A stretch of 64,000 nucleotides of DNA from Candidatus Omnitrophota bacterium (GCA_041649175.1 JBAZNR010000001.1:783497-847496), one strand, 5' to 3'. Positions 50,526 to 60,321 are shown, counted from the stretch's first letter. The notes: generated from the letters alone by a model not told the origin. Translations and numbers: made by a program.

Positions 50526-50855
50526 ATGAGATTATTCGTAATTTTACCGGTATTGATATTATCTGGCTGTGCTACGGCAAACGTCGCAAATATCCCCGGC
50601 AATACCCAAGCAAACAATCGCCTTAAAGCTGATATTGTTAATATGATTAACATGGTTGAACGTGCTCAAGCTCCCCATTGCCGCTATCAGATTATAGATA
50701 CAAAAGTTACAGGCGTTGTTGGCGACACAGTGACCGAAGAGTGGACTGTTGAAAGTTGTGGGAAAAATATTATTTATCCGGTTGAATTAACTCCTGATCC
50801 AAAGGGCGGAACATTTTTCGGCATTCAAACTCCGGATAAAAAGGACAGGGAGTAA
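50526..50855 (+). CDS. small lipoprotein (lipobox LILSGC), function unknown
   Basis: A signal peptide plus the lipobox Cys, 109 aa. An AAAGGAG RBS. Confidence 0.6.
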   Translation: MRLFVILPVLILSGCATANVANIPGNTQANNRLKADIVNMINMVERAQAPHCRYQIIDTKVTGVVGDTVTEEWTVESCGKNIIYPVELTPDPKGGTFFGIQTPDKKDRE

Positions 50856-50867
50856 GGAAAAGTTTAG

Positions 50868-50914
50868 TAAAAAGGTACGTGTCCCCGGGAGCTCTGCGGG
50901 GCGGGTGTCCCCGG
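50868..50914 (+). repeat. direct repeat copy 2 (taaaaaggtacgtgtc) plus two GTGTCCCCGG boxes 16 bp apart
   Basis: 16-mer at 50868-83. 10-mers at 50879-88 and 50905-14. Confidence 0.7.
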
Positions 50915-50963
50915 AATTCTGGGATTACACCGGAAAGATTAATTTTACAAAAAGGCGTGCTTA

Positions 50964-51779
50964 ATGTTTGATATAACAAAAATTATTCCAGAAGTAATTT
51001 TGGGTACAATAATTGGTTCACTAATTACATTATTGGGTGTTTGGCTCAATAATAGCGGTGCTCTTAAGCGGCTTAAGGTCCAGCTAGATAATGAAACTGT
51101 GCAAAGGATACGAGAGCGTGAGTACAATATTAAAAAGGAGATATATTTAAGAGCTGTTGAAGAATTGGCTATGGTAAAAAATTTTATTCTAAAACTACCT
51201 AACTTAGATCTAAATGTTTTTAATGACCAAAATTTTCAAAATATTTCTTCTGGTATTTCTAAAATCCCCGTTGTTGCAAACATAGATACAATCAAAGTTA
51301 TTACTAACCTAAATATGTATATTTCAAAATCAATTTTTAGCCTATTTCCTGACAAATTACCTATTGAAGATTTAAGAATAAGAATCAATATTTTGTCAAC
51401 ACAAATGGATAATTGTTCAAAAAAAAGAGACATTTTTATTAATGAAATGACTATTGCAAATTTGAAGGGAAATTATGACCAGGCATACTGGGAGAAATTG
51501 AAAAGTAACAATGATTTTTATACCCAAGAATTCGATAAATTATTCTTAGAGCGAACAAAAAATTACCATGAATTAAATTCTCTTATTAAGCGTTTCTCAA
51601 GCAAATGTTTTGCTGCAATAGTCGGCATGGTGGATTTAGAAACAGAGGCCATTTCTTGTATAAGAAGCGAACTAAGCATGGATTGTGATATTGATGACTA
51701 TAAGAGTTCCATCAAGCGATCTATGCAGGAAGCTGAAGCAGAATTAAATAAGTTTCTTATAAGCATGCCAACGGAATAG
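50964..51779 (+). CDS. hypothetical 271-aa N-terminally membrane-anchored protein, AT-rich gene with no recognisable family
   Basis: A TM helix (IIPEVILGTIIGSLITLLGVWL), then a long N/K/I-rich helical region. GC is clearly lower than in the flanking genes. Confidence 0.55.
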   Translation: MFDITKIIPEVILGTIIGSLITLLGVWLNNSGALKRLKVQLDNETVQRIREREYNIKKEIYLRAVEELAMVKNFILKLPNLDLNVFNDQNFQNISSGISKIPVVANIDTIKVITNLNMYISKSIFSLFPDKLPIEDLRIRINILSTQMDNCSKKRDIFINEMTIANLKGNYDQAYWEKLKSNNDFYTQEFDKLFLERTKNYHELNSLIKRFSSKCFAAIVGMVDLETEAISCIRSELSMDCDIDDYKSSIKRSMQEAEAELNKFLISMPTE

Positions 51780-51851
51780 GGAGCTCCAAGGGCCAAAAAT
51801 TTAATTAGACGAATTAAGCAATGTATTGCCGGAATTTAATAAGGAGGCGAC

Positions 51852-52055
51852 ATGATTAAACGAGTGTGGGCAGTCTTAGTTCGAATTTCTGCAATGCAAT
51901 GGTTTAAGAATTTTATTAATTATGGTTTGCCAATTTTGCTGTGTTTAATTGGATTTGTTGAGTATACACATATACGACCGATAAATATTGTTTCTGAAGA
52001 TCTTGGAGTAATTGGGATTTATAGTACTGATTTTGGCTTAAGGATAGCAAATTAA
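51852..52055 (+). CDS. hypothetical 67-aa single-TM protein
   Basis: An AGGAGG RBS 5 nt before the ATG. A hydrophobic helix GLPILLCLIGFV. AT-rich. Confidence 0.45.
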   Translation: MIKRVWAVLVRISAMQWFKNFINYGLPILLCLIGFVEYTHIRPINIVSEDLGVIGIYSTDFGLRIAN

Positions 52056-52088
52056 GAAAAGAATAATTTAGACCGCTTCTAAATAATT

Positions 52089-53123
52089 ATGCCTATCCAA
52101 ACAATCAAATGGAAAAATAATTCCATTCGAATTATCGACCAACGAAAGCTTCCGCTTGAATATAAAGTGATGACGTGCCGCAACATAAAAGATGTTTGTC
52201 GGGCGATTAAAACCTTAAGCGTGCGCGGCGCACCGGCTATTGGCGTTGCGGCGGCTTTCGGCGTTTTTTTAGGCGTTAAAGATCTTAACGCCAAAAGCCG
52301 CCGGGAGTTTGAAAAGAAATTCTCTAAAGTTTGTGATTATATCGGCAGTTCGCGCCCCACCGCGGTAAATTTATTTAATGCTTTAGAAAGAATGAAAAAA
52401 GTTTTGGCTCTGCATCCGCAAGTCGATACAGAGCAACTAAAGAAACTTTTGCTTAAAGAAGCGTTCGCTATTTTTAACGAAGATAAGATTTCCTGCCGGA
52501 AAATGGGTGATTTTGGCGCGCGGCTTATTAAAAATAATAGCCGCCTTCTAACCATCTGTAACGCCGGCGCTTTGGCAACGGTTGATTATGGAACAGCTTT
52601 GGGTGTTATGTACAGCGCGAAAAAAGCGGGAAAAAAATTTAGCGTTTATGCCTGCGAAACCAGACCGCTATTGCAAGGAGCGCGATTAACCGCCTGGGAA
52701 TTAACCAAAGCGAAGATCCCGACGACTCTTATCTGTGACAATATGGCGGCAACAGTTATCAAGCAAAAAAGAATTGATGCGATATTTACCGGAGCCGATC
52801 GCATTGCCGCTAACGGAGATACGGCCAACAAGATCGGAACATATAATTTAGCTATTTTAGCAAAATATCATAAAGTTCCTTTTTATGTGGTGGCGCCTTT
52901 CTCGACATTCGATCTTTCTATTGCAAGCGGCCGGCAAATCCCAATCGAAGAGCGCCACGAAGATGAAGTCACGCATATTGCCGGGCGGCGTGTGGCTGCT
53001 TTCGGCGTTAAAGTTTTTAATCCCGCTTTTGATGTGACCGATCATAATCTTATCACGGCCATTATTACTGAGCGTGGCATTATCCGTCCTTCGTTTAAGA
53101 AAAATATAAAAAAACTCTCATAA
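52089..53123 (+). CDS. mtnA: methylthioribose-1-phosphate isomerase (eIF-2B alpha/beta/delta-like family)
   Basis: An e2B2-family pattern (IKTLSVRGAPAIGVAAAFG, CETRPLLQGARLT, GADRIAANGDTANKIGTY). Confidence 0.75.
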   Translation: MPIQTIKWKNNSIRIIDQRKLPLEYKVMTCRNIKDVCRAIKTLSVRGAPAIGVAAAFGVFLGVKDLNAKSRREFEKKFSKVCDYIGSSRPTAVNLFNALERMKKVLALHPQVDTEQLKKLLLKEAFAIFNEDKISCRKMGDFGARLIKNNSRLLTICNAGALATVDYGTALGVMYSAKKAGKKFSVYACETRPLLQGARLTAWELTKAKIPTTLICDNMAATVIKQKRIDAIFTGADRIAANGDTANKIGTYNLAILAKYHKVPFYVVAPFSTFDLSIASGRQIPIEERHEDEVTHIAGRRVAAFGVKVFNPAFDVTDHNLITAIITERGIIRPSFKKNIKKLS

Positions 53124-53124
53124 A

Positions 53125-54048
53125 ATGATCCGCCTTAAGAAAACAAGATTAAAAGATGTCGGCGAATTTGGATTTATTGAATTGGCCGCCAAAATACTTT
53201 CCTCTCCGGTCAAAAATGTCATTAAAGGAATAGGTGATGACGCGGCCGTTTTGGATATTGGACGCAAAGAACTTCTTTTGCTAACGACTGATATGTTGGT
53301 GGAAGGAGTTCACTTTACTCGCTCGATGAACGCGCGATCGATCGGACATAAATCTTTGGCGTGCAATATCAGCGATATCGCGGCGATGGGAGGAATTCCA
53401 AGCTGCGCGGTTATTTCTCTTGGTGTGCCGCCGAATTTAAATTTGCGGTTTGTCCAAGAACTTTATCAAGGTATCAATCGCTTGGCGAAAAAATTTTCCG
53501 TTTCCATTGTCGGCGGCGATACGGTGAAAAGCGCAAAAATAGTCATCAACATTGCACTTTTAGGAAATGTTTTTAAAGAAAACCTTTTGTTGCGCTGTGG
53601 CGCCAAAAAGGGGAACCGAATTTTTGTCAGTGGGCCTTTAGGAAAATCATTCGTAACAAAAAAACATTTACGTTTTACGCCTAAAGTTGACGCGGCGCAG
53701 TATCTGGCTCGTGAGTTTAAACCGACATCTATGATCGATATTTCCGACGGGCTTTGCGGAGACTTGGGCCATATTTTAAAGGAAAGTAGTGTTGGGGCGG
53801 TCATTTATGAAAAACTTATTCCGAAAACAAAAGGTGCTACTTTAAATAATGCTTTATACGATGGGGAAGATTTCGAGCTCCTTTTTACTTTATCATCCCA
53901 AGAGGCCAATCAGCTTATTCGAATGAAGAAAAACAGATTTCCTTTTTGGTATATTGGGGATATTGTTGACGAAAAAGAAAAGTTAACGATTGTGAGCGGA
54001 TCCGGGAAGCGAATCGCATTAAAGCCAAAAAGTTTCTCTCACTTCTAA
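53125..54048 (+). CDS. thiL: thiamine-monophosphate kinase
   Basis: An AIR-synthase-like fold (GDDAAVLD...LLLTTDMLVEGVHF). Confidence 0.7.
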   Translation: MIRLKKTRLKDVGEFGFIELAAKILSSPVKNVIKGIGDDAAVLDIGRKELLLLTTDMLVEGVHFTRSMNARSIGHKSLACNISDIAAMGGIPSCAVISLGVPPNLNLRFVQELYQGINRLAKKFSVSIVGGDTVKSAKIVINIALLGNVFKENLLLRCGAKKGNRIFVSGPLGKSFVTKKHLRFTPKVDAAQYLAREFKPTSMIDISDGLCGDLGHILKESSVGAVIYEKLIPKTKGATLNNALYDGEDFELLFTLSSQEANQLIRMKKNRFPFWYIGDIVDEKEKLTIVSGSGKRIALKPKSFSHF

Positions 54049-54049
54049 T

Positions 54050-54514
54050 ATGAGAACTACCAAAATCATTTCAGAAAACGCGAAGCAAACAGTTGAGCTG
54101 GGCAAGCGCTTAGCCAGATGCCTTAAGAAAGGCGATATTATTTGTCTTTTTGGAGACTTGGGAAGCGGAAAAACAACTTTCACTAAAGGGATTGCGCAGG
54201 GCCTTTGCGTTTCTAAAAATTCTGTGAACAGCCCGACATTTGTTCTGCTAAATATTCATAAAGGCCGATTGCCTTTATTCCATTTTGATCTTTATCGCTT
54301 GGATAATATTGATGAGATTTTGATGATCGGTTACGAAGAATTCTTTTACGGCGAAGGAGTTTCTATCGTCGAATGGGCCGAAAAGTTAAAGAAATTGCTA
54401 CCGGAAAATCATTTAAGCGTTAAAATCTCTTTAAAAAAGAACAATCAAAGGCTTATTCAAATATCCGCGCGGGGAAGCCGTTACCAAGAATTGTTGAAAG
54501 AATTTATCAAATGA
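54050..54514 (+). CDS. tsaE: tRNA threonylcarbamoyladenosine biosynthesis protein TsaE
   Basis: The P-loop GDLGSGKTTFTKG. Confidence 0.8.
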   Translation: MRTTKIISENAKQTVELGKRLARCLKKGDIICLFGDLGSGKTTFTKGIAQGLCVSKNSVNSPTFVLLNIHKGRLPLFHFDLYRLDNIDEILMIGYEEFFYGEGVSIVEWAEKLKKLLPENHLSVKISLKKNNQRLIQISARGSRYQELLKEFIK

Positions 54515-55191
54515 ATATCTTAAGCCTCGAAACATCAACCAAGAATTTCAGTATAGCGGTTTTAAAAGATCAGAAAATCATTTTTGAGCGAAACATGAAG
54601 CTTAAAGATGTTTTATCTTCATCTATTCTGCCGGCAATTATCCAGGTTTTGACAAAATCGAAAATGAGTTTAGCGCGCCTTGATGGTTTTGCCGTGGGCT
54701 TAGGCCCGGGGTCGTTCACCAGTTTACGGGTTGGCCTATCGACTGTTAAAGGCTTAGCATTCGCGACCAAAAAGCCGATCGCGGGCATTTCCAGCTTAGA
54801 TATTTTGGCGATGAATGTTCCGGAAAAATATACACAGCAGATCTGTACGTTATGCGATGCGAAGCGTAATTTATTCTATTGTTGTTTTTATGAAAAGCAA
54901 AACGGCCTTTTGAAGCGAAAAACCGATTATCTTCTGCTTGACCGGGAAAGTATTCAGCAAAAAATTAACAAAAGGACCGTTCTTTTAGGAGATGGTGTTA
55001 AAATATGGCAAGAAGAACCCGAAGCAGGCGACAGGGACAATTTTCAGTATTTAGACGAGAAATATTGGCATCCCAAGGCAAGCCATTTGGCTTATTTAGC
55101 CGCTGAACGATTTAAAAAGAAAAAGTATGATTTGGCTTCAAAAATAGTTCCCATTTATCTTTATGCGGATGATTGCCAGGTACAAAAATGA
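54511..55191 (+). CDS. tsaB: tRNA threonylcarbamoyladenosine biosynthesis protein TsaB (inactive Kae1/YeaZ homolog)
   Basis: An ASKHA fold N-terminus (ILSLETSTKNFSIAV, GLGPGSFTSLRVG). Confidence 0.75.
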   Translation: MNILSLETSTKNFSIAVLKDQKIIFERNMKLKDVLSSSILPAIIQVLTKSKMSLARLDGFAVGLGPGSFTSLRVGLSTVKGLAFATKKPIAGISSLDILAMNVPEKYTQQICTLCDAKRNLFYCCFYEKQNGLLKRKTDYLLLDRESIQQKINKRTVLLGDGVKIWQEEPEAGDRDNFQYLDEKYWHPKASHLAYLAAERFKKKKYDLASKIVPIYLYADDCQVQK

Positions 55192-56333
55192 TGGATAGTT
55201 TTAAAAAAGAACAGATCAAAAAGCTTAATCACCCCGTGTGGGCCGAAGTTGATCTTGGCGCGGTCGGCCATAATTTTCGCGCGGTCCAAAAATGCCTTAA
55301 ACCGGCAACAAAAGTACTTTGCGTTGTTAAGGCGCAAGCCTATGGACATGGCATGATCGAGGCAGCTAAGCTTCTTGATAAAAAGGGAACGCATCTTTTT
55401 GGGGTCGCGGATATTGACGAAGGAATTCTTTTAAGGAAAGCGGGAACAAAGAAGCCAATTTTGGTTTTTGAAAACATCTTGCCGCAAGCCGCCGCAACGC
55501 TTATTAAAGCGAATTTAACCGCGACCATTTGCAATATCGAGACAGCGCAAGCTCTCAATAGTGCTGCGCGAAACTTAAGAAAGAAAATATCCGTTCATAT
55601 TAAAATTGATACCGGTATGGGGCGTTTAGGCGTTTGGCATGAAAAGGCCGTGGATTTTATTTTAAAGGTTCGGAAATTGGAATCATTAAACTTGGAAGGA
55701 ATTTATACCCATTTTCCATCGGCAGATACTGATAAAGCATTTACACAAAAACAGATCAAAATATTTTCAGCTCTGGTTGAAAAAATGAGTAGCTTAGGCA
55801 TTCGTTTTCAATATGTTCACGCGGCCAATAGCGCCGGGATTATCGGTTATCCGGCTGGGCATTTTAATTTAGTCCGTGCGGGGCTGATGCTTTACGGAAT
55901 GTACCCCGATAAGCAATTCTACAGAAAAGTTTCCTTAAGGCCGGCTTTAGCCGTAAAATCAAAGGTCATTTTTGTAAAAGAAATAAAGCAGGGCATGAGT
56001 ATTAGCTACGGCCGTAGTTTTATCGCCAAGACAAAAATGAAAACAGCAACGCTTCCTATCGGTTATAGCGACGGGTATTTTCGCCTTTTTTCCAACGCGG
56101 CTTTTGTTCTTATCAATGGAAAACGTTGTCCGGTTTTAGGGCGAGTGACGATGGACCAGATCGTGGTTGATGTTACCAGACTTAAAAGTGTTAAAGTCGG
56201 CGATGAGGTTGTTTTGCTGGGCCGACAAGGAAAATATGAGATTACCGCGGACAATTTAGCTTCGTTTGCCCAAACAATTAACTACGAGATCACCTGTAGT
56301 TTAGGTTCCCGCCTCAGACGCTTCTATAAATAA
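55188..56333 (+). CDS. alr: alanine racemase
   Basis: The PLP-Lys motif VVKAQAYGHG, and the start overlaps the tsaB stop (ATGA). Confidence 0.85.
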   Translation: MMDSFKKEQIKKLNHPVWAEVDLGAVGHNFRAVQKCLKPATKVLCVVKAQAYGHGMIEAAKLLDKKGTHLFGVADIDEGILLRKAGTKKPILVFENILPQAAATLIKANLTATICNIETAQALNSAARNLRKKISVHIKIDTGMGRLGVWHEKAVDFILKVRKLESLNLEGIYTHFPSADTDKAFTQKQIKIFSALVEKMSSLGIRFQYVHAANSAGIIGYPAGHFNLVRAGLMLYGMYPDKQFYRKVSLRPALAVKSKVIFVKEIKQGMSISYGRSFIAKTKMKTATLPIGYSDGYFRLFSNAAFVLINGKRCPVLGRVTMDQIVVDVTRLKSVKVGDEVVLLGRQGKYEITADNLASFAQTINYEITCSLGSRLRRFYK

Positions 56334-56338
56334 TCAGC

Positions 56339-57445
56339 TTAGAATTTTGTGCGGATAAGATAAGCGGCAATGATCAAGAAAATGATAGGCGACAACCACG
56401 CCGAAAGCACAGGGAAAAGAACTCCACCTTTTCCTAAGGCAAGGCCCACAGCGTTGACCACATAAAATATAAATCCAATCCCGATCCCGATCCCCAAAGA
56501 AGTAAATGTCAGAGCTTTTCTTCTGCCGGTTGTCAGCGACAAGGGCAAGCCCACCAACAGAATAACGATATTATAAAAAGGAAAAGCGATCTTTTGATGC
56601 ATATCGACGCGCAAATTATGCAACGCCTTGGAGGCGCCGCTGTGAGAAAAACGTTTGATGTATTCATCAAGTTGGCGGATGTTCATCGATGAAACATCCA
56701 GCCTTTGCCGGACAAAATCCTGAGGAGTTTCTTTAATATCCATCAATTTATCTTCAAAGTATTTTGTTTCTTCCACGATATTCATCCCCGAAGCGTCAAA
56801 AGTTGTTAATTGGCATTTATAAAACTTCCACGCGATACCTGTCCACTTGCCTTTTAAGGCAACGACTTTTTCGCGCATTCTCTGGTCATTGTCATGGCCG
56901 ATAATGGTAATGCCTTCTAAAGTCCAATCATTCGGATCAAAGGTGTCGATAAAATAGAGGCGATTCTTTAATCCATAAAAGGTCAAATTCTTTATTTTGG
57001 CTTTTTTTCTTTGTTCGCTATCAACTTTTAAAATGATATTTTCGTTGCGGATGGCCTCTGAGCTGGCGGTCGCGGTAGGGACAAATCGCTCATTCAAGAC
57101 AAAAATACCGGCAGAAACAATGAGAGCAAAATAAATAGCCGGCTTGGTGATCTGCCAGAAACTTAAGCCTCCGGTCCGTAAAACGATGATCTCATTATTG
57201 TTATTTAAGTGGCTAAAGGTGAGAATGCTGGCGATCAAACAGGCGATGGGAGATGTTTGAACTAAGATGATCGGTAAAAAAGAAAGATAATATTGAAGTA
57301 AGATCTCAAAAGGGACTTTTCGGTCGATGATTTCATTTAAGTTACTGGCGACGTCGATCAGGATATAGAGAAAACAGAAAATGAAAATGGTGGCAAAAAA
57401 GATCCTGATGACAGAATGAATGATATAGCGGTCTAAGATACGCAT
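56339..57445 (-). CDS. lptG: LPS export ABC permease LptG (YjgP/YjgQ family)
   Basis: A 6-TM YjgP/YjgQ architecture with a periplasmic beta-jellyroll, paired with lptF. Confidence 0.7.
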   Translation of the reverse strand: MRILDRYIIHSVIRIFFATIFIFCFLYILIDVASNLNEIIDRKVPFEILLQYYLSFLPIILVQTSPIACLIASILTFSHLNNNNEIIVLRTGGLSFWQITKPAIYFALIVSAGIFVLNERFVPTATASSEAIRNENIILKVDSEQRKKAKIKNLTFYGLKNRLYFIDTFDPNDWTLEGITIIGHDNDQRMREKVVALKGKWTGIAWKFYKCQLTTFDASGMNIVEETKYFEDKLMDIKETPQDFVRQRLDVSSMNIRQLDEYIKRFSHSGASKALHNLRVDMHQKIAFPFYNIVILLVGLPLSLTTGRRKALTFTSLGIGIGIGFIFYVVNAVGLALGKGGVLFPVLSAWLSPIIFLIIAAYLIRTKF

Positions 57446-58524
57446 AGTTTGTAATTAAGATAAGAGGCCGCCAGGAATCCAAGGATATTGGGCGCCCACA
57501 TGGTGATGGCCGGAGGCGTAATGTTTTGTACGCTTAAAGCCTCACAGCCTAACGATAATAAATAGTAAACTGCCGCGCACAAAACGGCTAAAACGAGATT
57601 TGCTGTTTTCTCCCGACGGTGCGTGATGACGGCGATAGGAAAACCCAAGAGGATGAAGATCAGCGCCGAAAATGACCAAGTGATCTTACGATGATATTCT
57701 GTGACCAAGGGGGAGATGTCAACAGAGGCCGCTTTAAGTTCCTTGATCTTCTCGCCCAGTTCTTTAAGCGACATGCTTTTGGGTTTCTTTTCTACATTTT
57801 TGCTCTCGCCGCTCGACAGATCGAGGGTCATAAAATAATTCTTAAAGTTAAGTTTATAAAAACTATTTGGGCTATCCAAATTTGGTTCGTCGGAGGTTCC
57901 GTTCATCAGCTTTAATTTGATCTTGGTCTCTCCGGGAACGGGCGTAAATTCTCCCTCATTGGCGATGATGGTGCGGGTAGGCCGGTCGGGTTGAGGCTGG
58001 TAAATGCGGACATTGTAAAGTTTATTATCCTCTATCCGATAAATAAAAAGGATCTGATCTTTAAAGGCGTGGATAAATGTTCCGGCTTCCAGAAATGCGG
58101 CCGGATTTTTTGCTCCGACATCTTTTAAGATCTTACGTTGTTCATGGTGCGCGTAAGGAATAATGCGCTCGTTTAGAATAACGGAAAAAAGGCTTAACAT
58201 AATTCCGATAACAAACAAAGGAAAGAGAAGTTTGTGTAAGCGAATACCGCTGGCGCGCATGGCTAGGATCTCATTATCGGCGGAAAACCTTCCAAACGTC
58301 AAAATAATGGCTGTCAGACACGCGATGGGAAGCGTGTAGCCTAATAAAAGAGGGACGTATAATACGAAAACCTTGGCAACGGCGGTAACGCTAACACCTT
58401 TATTAATGACCAGATTGGCGAGTTGGATGAGGTTCCCTAAAAGGAAAACACATGTCAAAACCCCCAGGGCGATAAAAAAGGGGAGGATACATTCAAGCAA
58501 AATATAATTTCGTAGGATCCGCAT
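57433..58524 (-). CDS. lptF: LPS export ABC permease LptF (YjgP/YjgQ family)
   Basis: The same family, in tandem overlapping arrangement. Confidence 0.7.
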   Translation of the reverse strand: MRILRNYILLECILPFFIALGVLTCVFLLGNLIQLANLVINKGVSVTAVAKVFVLYVPLLLGYTLPIACLTAIILTFGRFSADNEILAMRASGIRLHKLLFPLFVIGIMLSLFSVILNERIIPYAHHEQRKILKDVGAKNPAAFLEAGTFIHAFKDQILFIYRIEDNKLYNVRIYQPQPDRPTRTIIANEGEFTPVPGETKIKLKLMNGTSDEPNLDSPNSFYKLNFKNYFMTLDLSSGESKNVEKKPKSMSLKELGEKIKELKAASVDISPLVTEYHRKITWSFSALIFILLGFPIAVITHRREKTANLVLAVLCAAVYYLLSLGCEALSVQNITPPAITMWAPNILGFLAASYLNYKLCVS

Positions 58525-58537
58525 AAGTTCTTAAATG

Positions 58538-59308
58538 TTATTCGGTGATGGCTAGGGTTAAGGCTTCAACGTGTTTCGCGCCGGATTCCTTTAAGACGCG
58601 CGCGGCTTCCGAAACCGTTGCTCCCGTCGTAAAGAGGTCGTCAATGATCAATATTGATCTTTGATGGAACTCTTCAGGATTTTCTATTTTAAAGGCGCCG
58701 GAAATATTTGTCCAGCGCTGTTGCTTCTTTAGCAAGGCCTGATTTTGCGTGTGCCGAACGCGCGTAAGATTTCCCAGCGATTGAGGGCGGCAGAATTTTT
58801 GCGCTAGGCCTTCGCTTAACAACTGCGTTTGATTGTATCCTCGTTCTCTCAGCCGGGCACGAGACAGCGGGATAGGGACAATCATATCAAAACGAGACAT
58901 ATCTAGCGAATAATTTTCAATAAATGAACACAAGAACTCCAAGAGGTGTTTTTTAAGAGAAGTTTTATTTTTGTACTTGAACAAATGAATAAGCTCTTTA
59001 GCGGCATCGTTATACGATATGGCGGCCCAAGCGCGGTCAAAATCATATTTGAATTGGCGGCAATTTGGGCAGAAAAACTCATCATGTTGCTGTACCAAAG
59101 GGTGCGGGCACTGAGGGCAAAATGGCGGCCGGTTGACCTTAAGGGCCGCAAGACATTTGGAACAAAGGTTTTGCGTTTGATGATCTGCTCCCAGGAAAGT
59201 TTTGCAGACAAGGCAGTTGCTAGGATATAAAAGCCCCCAAAGCCCTTCTAAAAATTGTTTTAACACAGCGGTTATTTTAACATGAGGGTTAGGACGTGTC
59301 AAACACAA
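58538..59308 (-). CDS. ComF family protein (zinc-finger + phosphoribosyltransferase domain)
   Basis: A double CxxC N-terminus and the PRTase motif ILIIDDLFTTGAT. Confidence 0.7.
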   Translation of the reverse strand: MCLTRPNPHVKITAVLKQFLEGLWGLLYPSNCLVCKTFLGADHQTQNLCSKCLAALKVNRPPFCPQCPHPLVQQHDEFFCPNCRQFKYDFDRAWAAISYNDAAKELIHLFKYKNKTSLKKHLLEFLCSFIENYSLDMSRFDMIVPIPLSRARLRERGYNQTQLLSEGLAQKFCRPQSLGNLTRVRHTQNQALLKKQQRWTNISGAFKIENPEEFHQRSILIIDDLFTTGATVSEAARVLKESGAKHVEALTLAITE

Positions 59309-59456
59309 GGAGCTTTTGGGGGTGTATTTTTGTGCGCTACTTTAATAAAAGAGCAATTTATCCCATTGATATTATCGGTGTGCCGATATAAAATAAAGAA
59401 CACTTGAGCGATCTTCCGTAGGGCCAATAAGGGCTCTTGCAAAAAAGGAGTGTTGG

Positions 59457-59750
59457 ATGAAAAAGACGATTTTCTTGCTTTTTGTATTCTTTTTAGCCGT
59501 GTCTTATGCCGCCGCTTATCAGCTAGAGGTGAAGGTTTTAAATGAGGAAGCTATTACGGCATTGTCCGATAAGGAATTGACCAACGCCTATATTGATACC
59601 GTTGTTGAATTAGAAGCATCCAAGGCATTTTATACGACATCCGGATTTATGCCGGAAGAATACAAAGATTATAAAGGTGTTGTGCGCTATCGTATTTTAC
59701 TTTTAAACGAACTAACCAGGCGTAAGCTGGAAGTTCCCAAAACGGAATAA
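59457..59750 (+). CDS. small secreted hypothetical protein
   Basis: An AAAGGAG RBS and the signal peptide MKKTIFLLFVFFLAVSYAAA. Confidence 0.5.
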   Translation: MKKTIFLLFVFFLAVSYAAAYQLEVKVLNEEAITALSDKELTNAYIDTVVELEASKAFYTTSGFMPEEYKDYKGVVRYRILLLNELTRRKLEVPKTE

Positions 59751-59766
59751 CAAAGGATATCAACCG

Positions 59767-60321
59767 ATGACAACCGCCAGCAATGACCGTAAGGCCTTAT
59801 TTGAGTTAATTAAAAGTGAAGCATTCTTTAAAGAGAAGATCATTCTTTCTTCCGGAAAAGAAAGCAATTACTATATCGACGCCCGCCGGGTAACACTTAA
59901 AGCCCAGGGCGCGTATTTGTGCGCTAAGATCATTTTGGATATTATCCGTGATGAAAAAATTGACGCGATCGGAGGCCCAACGCTGGGAGCCGATCCCTTG
60001 GTGGGCGCTATCGGAGTTTTGAGCTTCGAAGCCAACCGGCCGGTTAACACTTTTATTATCCGCAAAGCTCCCAAGCCACACGGGAAACAGCAGCAAATAG
60101 AAGGCCCTATTTTATCCAAGAATGCTAAGATCATTCTGATCGATGATGTTGCCACGACGGGAAAGGCCTTTATGGAGTCATTAGATGTCTTAGCTAAAGA
60201 AGGTCTGACGGCCCATAAGGCCATCTGCATTGTGGACAGAAATGAAGGCGCGCGGGAGGCCTTAGCCAAAAGAAATTGCGAACTCGTCTCTATTTTTACC
60301 GCTGCGGATTTTCTTTCGTAA
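59767..60321 (+). CDS. pyrE: orotate phosphoribosyltransferase
   Basis: The PRTase motif IILIDDVATTG. Confidence 0.85.
   Translation: MTTASNDRKALFELIKSEAFFKEKIILSSGKESNYYIDARRVTLKAQGAYLCAKIILDIIRDEKIDAIGGPTLGADPLVGAIGVLSFEANRPVNTFIIRKAPKPHGKQQQIEGPILSKNAKIILIDDVATTGKAFMESLDVLAKEGLTAHKAICIVDRNEGAREALAKRNCELVSIFTAADFLS

Noticed and set aside
50884-50901. CCCCG...CGGGG hairpin within direct-repeat copy 2, as a possible terminator.
   Set aside because: Only a 5-bp stem, with no downstream T-run. It is more likely part of the repeated GTGTCCCCGG boxes.
50856-52088. Integrase, transposase or tRNA-adjacent attachment site accompanying the AT-rich insert.
   Set aside because: No recombinase gene or IS-like inverted repeats were seen. 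The only tRNA (Gln) is 34 kb away. The insert is therefore called an acquired cargo module, not a defined mobile element.
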